Shown: in pieces, positions 1 through 13,200 of the stretch
How the letters are laid out: every line of letters starts with the position of its first letter
Position numbering within the stretch: the stretch's first letter is position 1
Source of the DNA: the human T2T-CHM13v2.0 reference genome, Homo sapiens
Assembly: GCF_009914755.1 (NCBI RefSeq)
Contig: NC_060938.1
Reading direction: 5' to 3' (one strand)
DNA length: 64,000 nt
The notes under the pieces: model-generated
What the model saw: the letters and a program-made list of their open reading frames with translations, nothing else
The model's database searches: none
What the model was told of the DNA's origin: nothing
Translations under genes and position numbers: made by a program

Positions 1-185
1 TTATGGGAAGATATTTGCTTTTTCACCGTAGGCCTCAGAGCGCTCCAAATATCCACTTGCACATACTACAAAAAGAGTGCCTCAAAGCTGCTCTCTGAAA
101 CGGAATGTGCAACTCTATGAGTTGAATGCAAACATCGCAAAGACGTTTCTGAGAATGCTTCTGTCTAGATTTGATATGAAGATAT

Positions 186-202
186 TCCCGTTTCCAACGA
201 AA
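186..202 (-). promoter_or_regulatory. CENP-B box 1 of the HOR (recurs in each copy)
   Basis: TCCCGTTTCCAACGAAA; the reverse complement TTTCGTTGGAAACGGGA matches the 17-bp CENP-B box YTTCGTTGGAARCGGGA. Confidence 0.97.
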
Positions 203-356
203 TCTTCAAATCTATCCAAATGTCCACTTGCAGATTCAACAAAAAGTGTTTTTCACAACTGCTCTATCAAAAGAAAGATCCACCTCTGTTAGCTGAGTTC
301 ACACATCACAAACAAGTTTATGAGAATGCTTCTGTCTAGTTTTTATTTGAAGATAT

Positions 357-373
357 TTCCTTTCTCACCATAG
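357..373 (+). other. pJ-alpha-type box of the intervening monomers lacking a CENP-B box (related copies at 15-31, 695-711, 1037-1053)
   Basis: TTCCTTTCTCACCATAG occupies the position homologous to the CENP-B box (171 bp away) and resembles the recalled pJ-alpha consensus TTCCTTTTYCACCRTAG. Confidence 0.75.
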
Positions 374-523
374 AGCTGAAAGCTGTCCTAATGTTCACTT
401 CCAGATACTACAGAAAGAGTGTTTCAAAACTGCTGTACGAAAGGGAATGTTCAACTCTGTGACTTGAATGCACACATCACAAAGAAGTTTCTGAGGATGC
501 TGCTGTCTACTTTTTATACGTAA

Positions 524-540
524 TCCCGTTTCCAACGAAA
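524..540 (-). promoter_or_regulatory. CENP-B box 2 of the HOR
   Basis: TCCCGTTTCCAACGAAA, 338 bp after box 1, preceded by the shortened TTTTTATACGTAA segment. Confidence 0.97.
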
Positions 541-865
541 TCCTCCAAGCTATCCAAATATCCACTTGCAGATTCCACAGAAAGACTGTTTCAAAACTGC
601 TCTGTCAATAGAAAGGTTCAACTCTGTTAGCTGCGTGCATATATCCCAAAGAAGATTCTGAGATTGCTTCTGTCTAGTTTTTATGGGAAGATATTTCCCT
701 TTTCACCGTAGGTGTCAAGGCGCTCCAAATGTCCACTTCCAGATACTACAAAAAGAGTGTTTCAAACCTACTCTGTGAAAGGGAATATTCAACTCTGTGA
801 CTCGAATGCACATATAACAAAGAAGTTTCTGAGAATGCTTCTGTCGAGATTTTATATGAAGATAT

Positions 866-882
866 TCCCGTTTCCAACGAAA
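866..882 (-). promoter_or_regulatory. CENP-B box 3 of the HOR
   Basis: TCCCGTTTCCAACGAAA, 342 bp after box 2. Confidence 0.97.
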
Positions 883-1207
883 TGCTGAAATCTATCCAAA
901 TATCCCCTCGCAGATTCTACAAAAAGAGTGTTTCAAAACTGCTCTGTGAAAAGAAAGGTTCAACTCTGTTAGTTGAGTACACACATCACAAACAAGTTTC
1001 ACAGAATGCTTCTTTCTAGCTTGTAGGGGAAGATATTCCCTTTATCACCATGGGCCTCAAACCGTCCGATAAGTCCACTTCCATATACTACAAAAAGAGC
1101 GTTTCAAACCTGCTCTATGAAAGGCAATGTTCAACTCTGTGACTTGAATGCAGACATCACAGAGCAGTTTCTGAGAATGCTTCTGTCTAGATTTTATAGG
1201 AAGATAT

Positions 1208-1224
1208 TCCCGTTTCCAACGAAA
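1208..1224 (-). promoter_or_regulatory. CENP-B box 4 of the HOR
   Basis: TCCCGTTTCCAACGAAA, 342 bp after box 3 and 342 bp before box 1 of the next copy (1550). Confidence 0.97.
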
Positions 1225-4200
1225 TCTTCACAGCTATCCAAATATCCACTTGCAGATTCTACAAAAAGAGTGCATCAAAACTGCTCTGTCAAAAGGAAGG
1301 TTCTTTTCTGTTAGGTGAGTGCATACGTCATAAAGGAGTTTCTGAGAATGTTTCTGTCTAGTGGTTATGGGAAGATATTTGCTTTTTCACCGTAGGCCTC
1401 AGAGCGCTCCAAATATCCACTTGCACATACTACAAAAAGAGTGCCTCAAAGCTGCTCTCTGAAACGGAATGTTCAACTCTATGAGTTGAATGCAAACATC
1501 GCAAAGACGTTTCTGAGAATGCTTCTGTCTAGATTTGATATGAAGATATTCCCGTTTCCAACGAAATCTTCAAATCTATCCAAATGTCCACTTGCAGATT
1601 CAACAAAAAGTGTTTTTCAGAACTGCTCTATCAAAAGAAAGATCCACCTCTGTTAGCTGAGTTCAGACATCACAAACAAGTTTATGAGAATGCTTCTGTC
1701 TAGTTTTTATTTGAAGATATTTCCTTTCTCACCATAGACCTGAAAGCTGTCCTAATGTTCACTTCCAGTTACTACAGAAAGAGTGTTTCAAAACTGCTGT
1801 ACGAAAGGGAATGTTCAACTCTGTGACTTGAATGCACACATCACAAAGAAGTTTCTGAGGATGCTGCTGTCTACTTTTTATACTTAATCCCGTTTCCAAC
1901 GAAATCCTCCAAGCTATCCAAATATCCACTTGCAGATTCCACAGAAAGACTGTTTCAAAACTGCTCTGTCAATAGAAAGGTTCAACTCTGTTAGCTGTGT
2001 GCATATATCCCAAAGAAGATTCTGAGATTGCTTCTGTCTAGTTTTTATGGGAAGATATTTCCCTTTTCACCGTAGGCGTCAAGGCGCTCCAAATGTCCAC
2101 TTCCAGATACTACAAAAAGAGTGTTTCAAACCTACTCTGTGAAAGGGAATATTCAACTCTGTGACTTGAATGCACATATCACAAGGAAGTTTCTGAGAAT
2201 GCTTCTGTCGAGATTTTATATGAAGATATTCCCGTTTCCAACGAAATCCTGAAATCTATCCAAATATCCCCTCGCAGATTCTACAAAAAGAGTGTTTCAA
2301 AACTGCTCTGTAAAAAGAAAGGTTCAACTCTGTTAGTTGAGTACACACATCACAAACAAGTTTCACAGAATGCTTCTTTCTAGCTTGTAGGGGAAGATAT
2401 TCCCTTTATCACCATGGGCCTCAAACCGTCCGATAAGTCCACTTCCATATACTACAAAAAGAGCGTTTCAAACCTGCTCTATGAAAGGCAATGTTCAACT
2501 CTGTGACTTGAATGCAGACATCACAGAGCAGTTTCTGAGAATGCTTCTGTCTAGATTTTATAGGAAGATATTCCCGTTTCCAACGAAATCTTCACAGCTA
2601 TCCAAATATCCACTTGCAGATTCTACAAAAAGAGTGTATCAAAACTGCTCTGTCAAAAGGAAGGTTCTTTTCTGTTAGGTGAGTGCATACGTCATAAAGG
2701 AGTTTCTGAGAATGTTTCTGTCTAGTGGTTATGGGAAGATATTTGCTTTTTCACCGTAGGCCTCAGAGCGCTCCAAATATCCACTTGCACATACTACAAA
2801 AAGAGTGCCTCAAAGCTGCTCTCTGAAACGGAATGTTCAACTCTATGAGTTGAATGCAAACATCGCAAAGACGTTTCTGAGAATGCTTCTGTCTAGATTT
2901 GATATGAAGATATTCCCGTTTCCAACGAAATCTTCAAATCTATCCAAATGTCCACTTGCAGATTCAACAAAAAGTGTTTTTCAGAACTGCTCTATCAAAA
3001 GAAAGATCCACCTCTGTTAGCTGAGTTCACACATCACAAACAAGTTTATGAGAATGCTTCTGTCTAGTTTTTATTTGAAGATATTTCCTTTCTCACCATA
3101 GAGCTGAAAGCTGTCCTAATGTTCACTTCCAGATACTACAGAAAGAGTGTTTCAAAACTGCTGTACGAAAGGGAATGTTCAACTCTGTGACTTGAATGCA
3201 CACATCACAAAGAAGTTTCTGAGGATGCTGCTGTCTACTTTTTATACTTAATCCCGTTTCCAACGAAATCCTCCAAGCTATCCAAATATCCACTTGCAGA
3301 TTCCACAGAAAGACTGTTTCAAAACTGCTCTGTCAATAGAAAGGTTCAACTCTGTTAGCTGCGTGCATATATCCCAAAGAAGATTCTGAGATTGCTTCTG
3401 TCTAGTTTTTATGGGAAGATATTTCCCTTTTCACCGTAGGTGTCAAGGCGCTCCAAATGTCCACTTCCAGATACTACAAAAAGAGTGTTTCAAACCTACT
3501 CTGTGAAAGGGAATATTCAACTCTGTGACTCGAATGCACATATCACAAAGAAGTTTCTGAGAATGCTTCTGTCGAGATTTTATATGAAGATATTCCCGTT
3601 TCCAACGAAATGCTGAAATCTATCCAAATATCCCCTCGCAGATTCTACAAAAAGAGTGTTTCAAAACTGCTCTGTGAAAAGAAAGGTTCAACTCTGTTAG
3701 TTGAGTACACACATCACAAACAAGTTTCACAGAATGCTTCTTTCTAGCTTGTAGGGGAAGATATTCCCTTTATCACCATGGGCCTCAAACCGTCCGATAA
3801 GTCCACTTCCATATACTACAAAAAGAGCGTTTCAAACCTGCTCTATGAAAGGCAATGTTCAACTCTGTGACTTGAATGCAGACATCACAGAGCAGTTTCT
3901 GAGAATGCTTCTGTCTAGATTTTATAGGAAGATATTCCCGTTTCCAACGAAATCTTCACAGCTATCCAAATATCCACTTGCAGATTCTACAAAAAGAGTG
4001 TATCAAAACTGCTCTGTCAAAAGGAAGGTTCTTTTCTGTTAGGTGAGTGCATACGTCATAAAGGAGTTTCTGAGAATGTTTCTGTCTAGTGGTTATGGGA
4101 AGATATTTGCTTTTTCACCGTAGGCCTCAGAGCGCTCCAAATATCCACTTGCACATACTACAAAAAGAGTGCCTCAAAGCTGCTCTCTGAAACGGAATGT

Positions 4201-7200
4201 TCAACTCTATGAGTTGAATGCAAACATCGCAAAGACGTTTCTGAGAATGCTTCTGTCTAGATTTGATATGAAGATATTCCCGTTTCCAACGAAATCTTCA
4301 AATCTATCCAAATGTCCACTTGCAGATTCAACAAAAAGTGTTTTTCAGAACTGCTCTATCAAAAGAAAGATCCACCTCTGTTAGCTGAGTTCAGACATCA
4401 CAAACAAGTTTATGAGAATGCTTCTGTCTAGTTTTTATTTGAAGATATTTCCTTTCTCACCATAGACCTGAAAGCTGTCCTAATGTTCACTTCCAGTTAC
4501 TACAGAAAGAGTGTTTCAAAACTGCTGTACGAAAGGGAATGTTCAACTCTGTGACTTGAATGCACACATCACAAAGAAGTTTCTGAGGATGCTGCTGTCT
4601 ACTTTTTATACTTAATCCCGTTTCCAACGAAATCCTCCAAGCTATCCAAATATCCACTTGCAGATTCCACAGAAAGACTGTTTCAAAACTGCTCTGTCAA
4701 TAGAAAGGTTCAAATCTGTTAGCTGTGTGCATATATCCCAAAGAAGATTCTGAGATTGCTTCTGTCTAGTTTTTATGGGAAGATATTTCCCTTTTCACCG
4801 TAGGCGTCAAGGCGCTCCAAATGTCCACTTCCAGATACTACAAAAAGAGTGTTTCAAACCTACTCTGTGAAAGGGAATATTCAACTCTGTGACTTGAATG
4901 CACATATCACAAGGAAGTTTCTGAGAATGCTTCTGTCGAGATTTTATATGAAGATATTCCCGTTTCCAACGAAATCCTGAAATCTATCCAAATATCCCCT
5001 CGCAGATTCTACAAAAAGAGTGTTTCAAAACTGCTCTGTGAAAAGAAAGGTTCAACTCTGTTAGTTGAGTACACACATCACAAACAAGTTTCACAGAATG
5101 CTTCTTTCTAGCTTGTAGGGGAAGATATTCCCTTTATCACCATGGGCCTCAAACCGTCCGAAAAGTCCACTTCCATATACTACAAAAAGAGCGTTTCAAA
5201 CCTGCTCTATGAAAGGCAATGTTCAACTCTGTGACTTGAATGCAGACATCACAGAGCAGTTTCTGAGAATGCTTCTGTCTAGATTTTATAGGAAGATATT
5301 CCCGTTTCCAACGAAATCTTCACAGCTATCCAAATATCCACTTGCAGATTCTACAAAAAGAGTGTATCAAAACTGCTCTGTCAAAAGGAAGGTTCTTTTC
5401 TGTTAGGTGAGTGCATACGTCATAAAGGAGTTTCTGAGAATGTTTCTGTCTAGTGGTTATGGGAAGATATTTGCTTTTTCACCGTAGGCCTCAGAGCGCT
5501 CCAAATATCCACTTGCACATACTACAAAAAGAGTGCCTCAAAGCTGCTCTCTGAAACGGAATGTGCAACTCTATGAGTTGAATGCAAACATCGCAAAGAC
5601 GTTTCTGAGAATGCTTCTGTCTAGATTTGATATGAAGATATTCCCGTTTCCAACGAAATCTTCAAATCTATCCAAATGTCCACTTGCAGATTCAACAAAA
5701 AGTGTTTTTCACAACTGCTCTATCAAAAGAAAGATCCACCTCTGTTAGCTGAGTTCACACATCACAAACAAGTTTATGAGAATGCTTCTGTCTAGTTTTT
5801 ATTTGAAGATATTTCCTTTCTCACCATAGAGCTGAAAGCTGTCCTAATGTTCACTTCCAGATACTACAGAAAGAGTGTTTCAAAACTGCTGTACGAAAGG
5901 GAATGTTCAACTCTGTGACTTGAATGCACACATCACAAAGAAGTTTCTGAGGATGCTGCTGTCTACTTTTTATACGTAATCCCGTTTCCAACGAAATCCT
6001 CCAAGCTATCCAAATATCCACTTGCAGATTCCACAGAAAGACTGTTTCAAAACTGCTCTGTCAATAGAAAGGTTCAACTCTGTTAGCTGCGTGCATATAT
6101 CCCAAAGAAGATTCTGAGATTGCTTCTGTCTAGTTTTTATGGGAAGATATTTCCCTTTTCACCGTAGGTGTCAAGGCGCTCCAAATGTCCACTTCCAGAT
6201 ACTACAAAAAGAGTGTTTCAAACCTACTCTGTGAAAGGGAATATTCAACTCTGTGACTCGAATGCACATATCACAAAGAAGTTTCTGAGAATGCTTCTGT
6301 CGAGATTTTATATGAAGATATTCCCGTTTCCAACGAAATGCTGAAATCTATCCAAATATCCCCTCGCAGATTCTACAAAAAGAGTGTTTCAAAACTGCTC
6401 TGTGAAAAGAAAGGTTCAACTCTGTTAGTTGAGTACACACATCACAAACAAGTTTCACAGAATGCTTCTTTCTAGCTTGTAGGGGAAGATATTCCCTTTA
6501 TCACCATGGGCCTCAAACCGTCCGATAAGTCCACTTCCATATACTACAAAAAGAGCGTTTCAAACCTGCTCTATGAAAGGCAATGTTCAACTCTGTGACT
6601 TGAATGCAGACATCACAGAGCAGTTTCTGAGAATGCTTCTGTCTAGATTTTATAGGAAGATATTCCCGTTTCCAACGAAATCTTCACAGCTATCCAAATA
6701 TCCACTTGCAGATTCTACAAAAAGAGTGTATCAAAACTGCTCTGTCAAAAGGAAGGTTCTTTTCTGTTAGGTGAGTGCATACGTCATAAAGGAGTTTCTG
6801 AGAATGTTTCTGTCTAGTGGTTATGGGAAGATATTTGCTTTTTCACCGTAGGCCTCAGAGCGCTCCAAATATCCACTTGCACATACTACAAAAAGAGTGC
6901 CTCAAAGCTGCTCTCTGAAACGGAATGTTCAACTCTATGAGTTGAATGCAAACATCGCAAAGACGTTTCTGAGAATGCTTCTGTCTAGATTTGATATGAA
7001 GATATTCCCGTTTCCAACGAAATCTTCAAATCTATCCAAATGTCCACTTGCAGATTCAACAAAAAGTGTTTTTCAGAACTGCTCTATCAAAAGAAAGATC
7101 CACCTCTGTTAGCTGAGTTCACACATCACAAACAAGTTTATGAGAATGCTTCTGTCTAGTTTTTATTTGAAGATATTTCCTTTCTCACCATAGACCTGAA

Positions 7201-10200
7201 AGCTGTCCTAATGTTCACTTCCAGATACTACAGAAAGAGTGTTTCAAAACTGCTGTACGAAAGGGAATGTTCAACTCTGTGACTTGAATGCACACATCAC
7301 AAAGAAGTTTCTGAGGATGCTGCTGTCTACTTTTTATACGTAATCCCGTTTCCAACGAAATCCTCCAAGCTATCCAAATATCCACTTGCAGATTCCACAG
7401 AAAGACTGTTTCAAAACTGCTCTGTCAATAGAAAGGTTCAACTCTGTTAGCTGTGTGCATATATCCCAAAGAAGATTCTGAGATTGCTTCTGTCTAGTTT
7501 TTATGGGAAGATATTTCCCTTTTCACCGTAGGCGTCAAGGCGCTCCAAATGTCCACTTCCAGATACTACAAAAAGAGTGTTTCAAACCTACTCTGTGAAA
7601 GGGAATATTCAACTCTGTGACTTGAATGCACATATCACAAGGAAGTTTCTGAGAATGCTTCTGTCGAGATTTTATATGAAGATATTCCCGTTTCCAACGA
7701 AATGCTGAAATCTATCCAAATATCCCCTTGCAGATTCTACAAAAAGAGTGTTTCAAAACTGCTCTGTGAAAAGAAAGGTTCAACTCTGTTAGTTGAGTAC
7801 ACACATCACAAACAAGTTTCACAGAATGCTTCTTTCTAGCTTGTAGGGGAAGATATTCCCTTTATCACCATGGGCCTCAAACCGTCCGATAAGTCCACTT
7901 CCATATACTACAAAAAGAGCGTTTCAAACCTGCTCTATGAAAGGCAATGTTCAACTCTGTGACTTGAATGCAGACATCACAGAGCAGTTTCTGAGAATGC
8001 TTCTGTCTAGATTTTATAGGAAGATATTCCCGTTTCCAACGAAATCTTCACAGCTATCCAAATATCCACTTGCAGATTCTACAAAAAGAGTGTATCAAAA
8101 CTGCTCTGTCAAAAGGAAGGTTCTTTTCTGTTAGGTGAGTGCATACGTCATAAAGGAGTTTCTGAGAATGTTTCTGTCTAGTGGTTATGGGAAGATATTT
8201 GCTTTTTCACCGTAGGCCTCAGAGCGCTCCAAATATCCACTTGCACATACTACAAAAAGAGTGCCTCAAAGCTGCTCTCTGAAACGGAATGTTCAACTCT
8301 ATGAGTTGAATGCAAACATCGCAAAGACGTTTCTGAGAATGCTTCTGTCTAGATTTGATATGAAGATATTCCCGTTTCCAACGAAATCTTCAAATCTATC
8401 CAAATGTCCACTTGCAGATTCAACAAAAAGTGTTTTTCAGAACTGCTCTATCAAAAGAAAGATCCACCTCTGTTAGCTGAGTTCACACATCACAAACAAG
8501 TTTATGAGAATGCTTCTGTCTAGTTTTTATTTGAAGATATTTCCTTTCTCACCATAGACCTGAAAGCTGTCCTAATGTTCACTTCCAGTTACTACAGAAA
8601 GAGTGTTTCAAAACTGCTGTACGAAAGGGAATGTTCAACTCTGTGACTTGAATGCACACATCACAAAGAAGTTTCTGAGGATGCTGCTGTCTACTTTTTA
8701 TACGTAATCCCGTTTCCAACGAAATCCTCCAAGCTATCCAAATATCCACTTGCAGATTCCACAGAAAGACTGTTTCAAAACTGCTCTGTCAATAGAAAGG
8801 TTCAACTCTGTTAGCTGCGTGCATATATCCCAAAGAAGATTCTGAGATTGCTTCTGTCTAGTTTTTATGGGAAGATATTTCCCTTTTCACCGTAGGTGTC
8901 AAGGCGCTCCAAATGTCCACTTCCAGATACTACAAAAAGAGTGTTTCAAACCTACTCTGTGAAAGGGAATATTCAACTCTGTGACTCGAATGCACATATC
9001 ACAAAGAAGTTTCTGAGAATGCTTCTGTCGAGATTTTATATGAAGATATTCCCGTTTCCAACGAAATGCTGAAATCTATCCAAATATCCCCTCGCAGATT
9101 CTACAAAAAGAGTGTTTCAAAACTGCTCTGTGAAAAGAAAGGTTCAACTCTGTTAGTTGAGTACACACATCACAAACAAGTTTCACAGAATGCTTCTTTC
9201 TAGCTTGTAGGGGAAGATATTCCCTTTATCACCATGGGCCTCAAACCGTCCGATAAGTCCACTTCCATATACTACAAAAAGAGCGTTTCAAACCTGCTCT
9301 ATGAAAGGCAATGTTCAACTCTGTGACTTGAATGCAGACATCACAGAGCAGTTTCTGAGAATGCTTCTGTCTAGATTTTATAGGAAGATATTCCCGTTTC
9401 CAACGAAATCTTCACAGCTATCCAAATATCCACTTGCAGATTCTACAAAAAGAGTGTATCAAAACTGCTCTGTCAAAAGGAAGGTTCTTTTCTGTTAGGT
9501 GAGTGCATACGTCATAAAGGAGTTTCTGAGAATGTTTCTGTCTAGTGGTTATGGGAAGATATTTGCTTTTTCACCGTAGGCCTCAGAGCGCTCCAAATAT
9601 CCACTTGCACATACTACAAAAAGAGTGCCTCAAAGCTGCTCTCTGAAACGGAATGTTCAACTCTATGAGTTGAATGCAAACATCGCAAAGACGTTTCTGA
9701 GAATGCTTCTGTCTAGATTTGATATGAAGATATTCCCGTTTCCAACGAAATCTTCAAATCTATCCAAATGTCCACTTGCAGATTCAACAAAAAGTGTTTT
9801 TCAGAACTGCTCTATCAAAAGAAAGATCCACCTCTGTTAGCTGAGTTCACACATCACAAACAAGTTTATGAGAATGCTTCTGTCTAGTTTTTATTTGAAG
9901 ATATTTCCTTTCTCACCATAGAGCTGAAAGCTGTCCTAATGTTCACTTCCAGATACTACAGAAAGAGTGTTTCAAAACTGCTGTACGAAAGGGAATGTTC
10001 AACTCTGTGACTTGAATGCACACATCACAAAGAAGTTTCTGAGGATGCTGCTGTCTACTTTTTATACGTAATCCCGTTTCCAACGAAATCCTCCAAGCTA
10101 TCCAAATATCCACTTGCAGATTCCACAGAAAGACTGTTTCAAAACTGCTCTGTCAATAGAAAGGTTCAACTCTGTTAGCTGCGTGCATATATCCCAAAGA

Positions 10201-13200
10201 AGATTCTGAGATTGCTTCTGTCTAGTTTTTATGGGAAGATATTTCCCTTTTCACCGTAGGTGTCAAGGCGCTCCAAATGTCCACTTCCAGATACTACAAA
10301 AAGAGTGTTTCAAACCTACTCTGTGAAAGGGAATATTCAACTCTGTGACTTGAATGCACATATCACAAAGAAGTTTCTGAGAATGCTTCTGTCGAGATTT
10401 TATATGAAGATATTCCCGTTTCCAACGAAATGCTGAAATCTATCCAAATATCCCCTCGCAGATTCTACAAAAAGAGTGTTTCAAAACTGCTCTGTGAAAA
10501 GAAAGGTTCAACTCTGTTAGTTGAGTACACACATCACAAACAAGTTTCACAGAATGCTTCTTTCTAGCTTGTAGGGGAAGATATTCCCTTTATCACCATG
10601 GGCCTCAAACCGTCCGAAAAGTCCACTTCCATATACTACAAAAAGAGCGTTTCAAACCTGCTCTATGAAAGGCAATGTTCAACTCTGTGACTTGAATGCA
10701 GACATCACAGAGCAGTTTCTGAGAATGCTTCTGTCTAGATTTTATAGGAAGATATTCCCGTTTCCAACGAAATCTTCACAGCTATCCAAATATCCACTTG
10801 CAGATTCTACAAAAAGAGTGTATCAAAACTGCTCTGTCAAAAGGAAGGTTCTTTTCTGTTAGGTGAGTGCATACGTCATAAAGGAGTTTCTGAGAATGTT
10901 TCTGTCTAGTGGTTATGGGAAGATATTTGCTTTTTCACCGTAGGCCTCAGAGCGCTCCAAATATCCACTTGCACATACTACAAAAAGAGTGCCTCAAAGC
11001 TGCTCTCTGAAACGGAATGTTCAACTCTATGAGTTGAATGCAAACATCGCAAAGACGTTTCTGAGAATGCTTCTGTCTAGATTTGATATGAAGATATTCC
11101 CGTTTCCAACGAAATCTTCAAATCTATCCAAATGTCCACTTGCAGATTCAACAAAAAGTGATTTTCAGAACTGCTCTATCAAAAGAAAGATCCACCTCTG
11201 TTAGCTGAGTTCAGACATCACAAACAAGTTTATGAGAATGCTTCTGTCTAGTTTTTATTTGAAGATATTTCCTTTCTCACCATAGACCTGAAAGCTGTCC
11301 TAATTTTCACTTCCAGTTACTACAGAAAGAGTGTTTCAAAACTGCTGTACGAAAGGGAATGTTCAACTCTGTGACTTGAATGCACACATCACAAAGAAGT
11401 TTCTGAGGATGCTGCTGTCTACTTTTTATACGTAATCCCGTTTCCAACGAAATCCTCCAAGCTATCCAAATATCCACTTGCAGATTCCACAGAAAGACTG
11501 TTTCAAAACTGCTCTGTCAATAGAAAGGTTCAACTCTGTTAGCTGCGTGCATATATCCCAAAGAAGATTCTGAGATTGCTTCTGTCTAGTTTTTATGGGA
11601 AGATATTTCCCTTTTCACCGTAGGCGTCAAGGCGCTCCAAATGTCCACTTCCAGATACTACAAAAAGAGTGTTTCAAACCTACTCTGTGAAAGGGAATAT
11701 TCAACTCTGTGACTTGAATGCACATATCACAAGGAAGTTTCTGAGAATGCTTCTGTCGAGATTTTATATGAAGATATTCCCGTTTCCAACGAAATCCTGA
11801 AATCTATCCAAATATCCCCTCGCAGATTCTACAAAAAGAGTGTTTCAAAACTGCTCTGTAAAAAGAAAGGTTCAACTCTGTTAGTTGAGTACACACATCA
11901 CAAACAAGTTTCACAGAATGCTTCTTTCTAGCTTGTAGGGGAAGATATTCCCTTTATCACCATGGGCCTCAAACCGTCCGATAAGTCCACTTCCATATAC
12001 TACAAAAAGAGCGTTTCAAACCTGCTCTATGAAAGGCAATGTTCAACTCTGTGACTTGAATGCAGACATCACAGAGCAGTTTCTGAGAATGCTTCTGTCT
12101 AGATTTTATAGGAAGATATTCCCGTTTCCAACGAAATCTTCACAGCTATCCAAATATCCACTTGCAGATTCTACAAAAAGAGTGTATCAAAACTGCTCTG
12201 TCAAAAGGAAGGTTCTTTTCTGTTAGGTGAGTGCATACGTCATAAAGGAGTTTCTGAGAATGTTTCTGTCTAGTGGTTATGGGAAGATATTTGCTTTTTC
12301 ACCGTAGGCCTCAGAGCGCTCCAAATATCCACTTGCACATACTACAAAAAGAGTGCCTCAAAGCTGCTCTCTGAAACGGAATGTGCAACTGTATGAGTTG
12401 AATGCAAACATCGCAAAGACGTTTCTGAGAATGCTTCTGTCTAGATTTGATATGAAGATATTCCCGTTTCCAACGAAATCTTCAAATCTATCCAAATGTC
12501 CACTTGCAGATTCAACAAAAAGTGTTTTTCACAACTGCTCTATCAAAAGAAAGATCCACCTCTGTTAGCTGAGTTCACACATCACAAACAAGTTTATGAG
12601 AATGCTTCTGTCTAGTTTTTATTTGAAGATATTTCCTTTCTCACCATAGAGCTGAAAGCTGTCCTAATGTTCACTTCCAGATACTACAGAAAGAGTGTTT
12701 CAAAACTGCTGTACGAAAGGGAATGTTCAACTCTGTGACTTGAATGCACACATCACAAAGAAGTTTCTGAGGATGCTGCTGTCTACTTTTTATACGTAAT
12801 CCCGTTTCCAACGAAATCCTCCAAGCTATCCAAATATCCACTTGCAGATTCCACAGAAAGACTGTTTCAAAACTGCTCTGTCAATAGAAAGGTTCAACTC
12901 TGTTAGCTGCGTGCATATATCCCAAAGAAGATTCTGAGATTGCTTCTGTCTAGTTTTTATGGGAAGAGATTTCCCTTTTCACCGTAGGTGTCAAGGCGCT
13001 CCAAATGTCCACTTCCAGATACTACAAAAAGAGTGTTTCAAACCTACTCTGTGAAAGGGAATATTCAACTCTGTGACTCGAATGCACATATCACAAAGAA
13101 GTTTCTGAGAATGCTTCTGTCGAGATTTTATATGAAGATATTCCCGTTTCCAACGAAATGCTGAAATCTATCCAAATATCCCCTCGCAGATTCTACAAAA

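Larger units (their letters stand above)
1..1364 (-). repeat. One representative HOR unit (haplotype A): 8 monomers, seven of 171 bp and one of 167 bp
   Basis: Homologous box positions fall at 15, 186, 357, 524, 695, 866, 1037, 1208 and then 1379, giving spacings of 171,171,167,171,171,171,171,171 = 1364. Confidence 0.95.
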
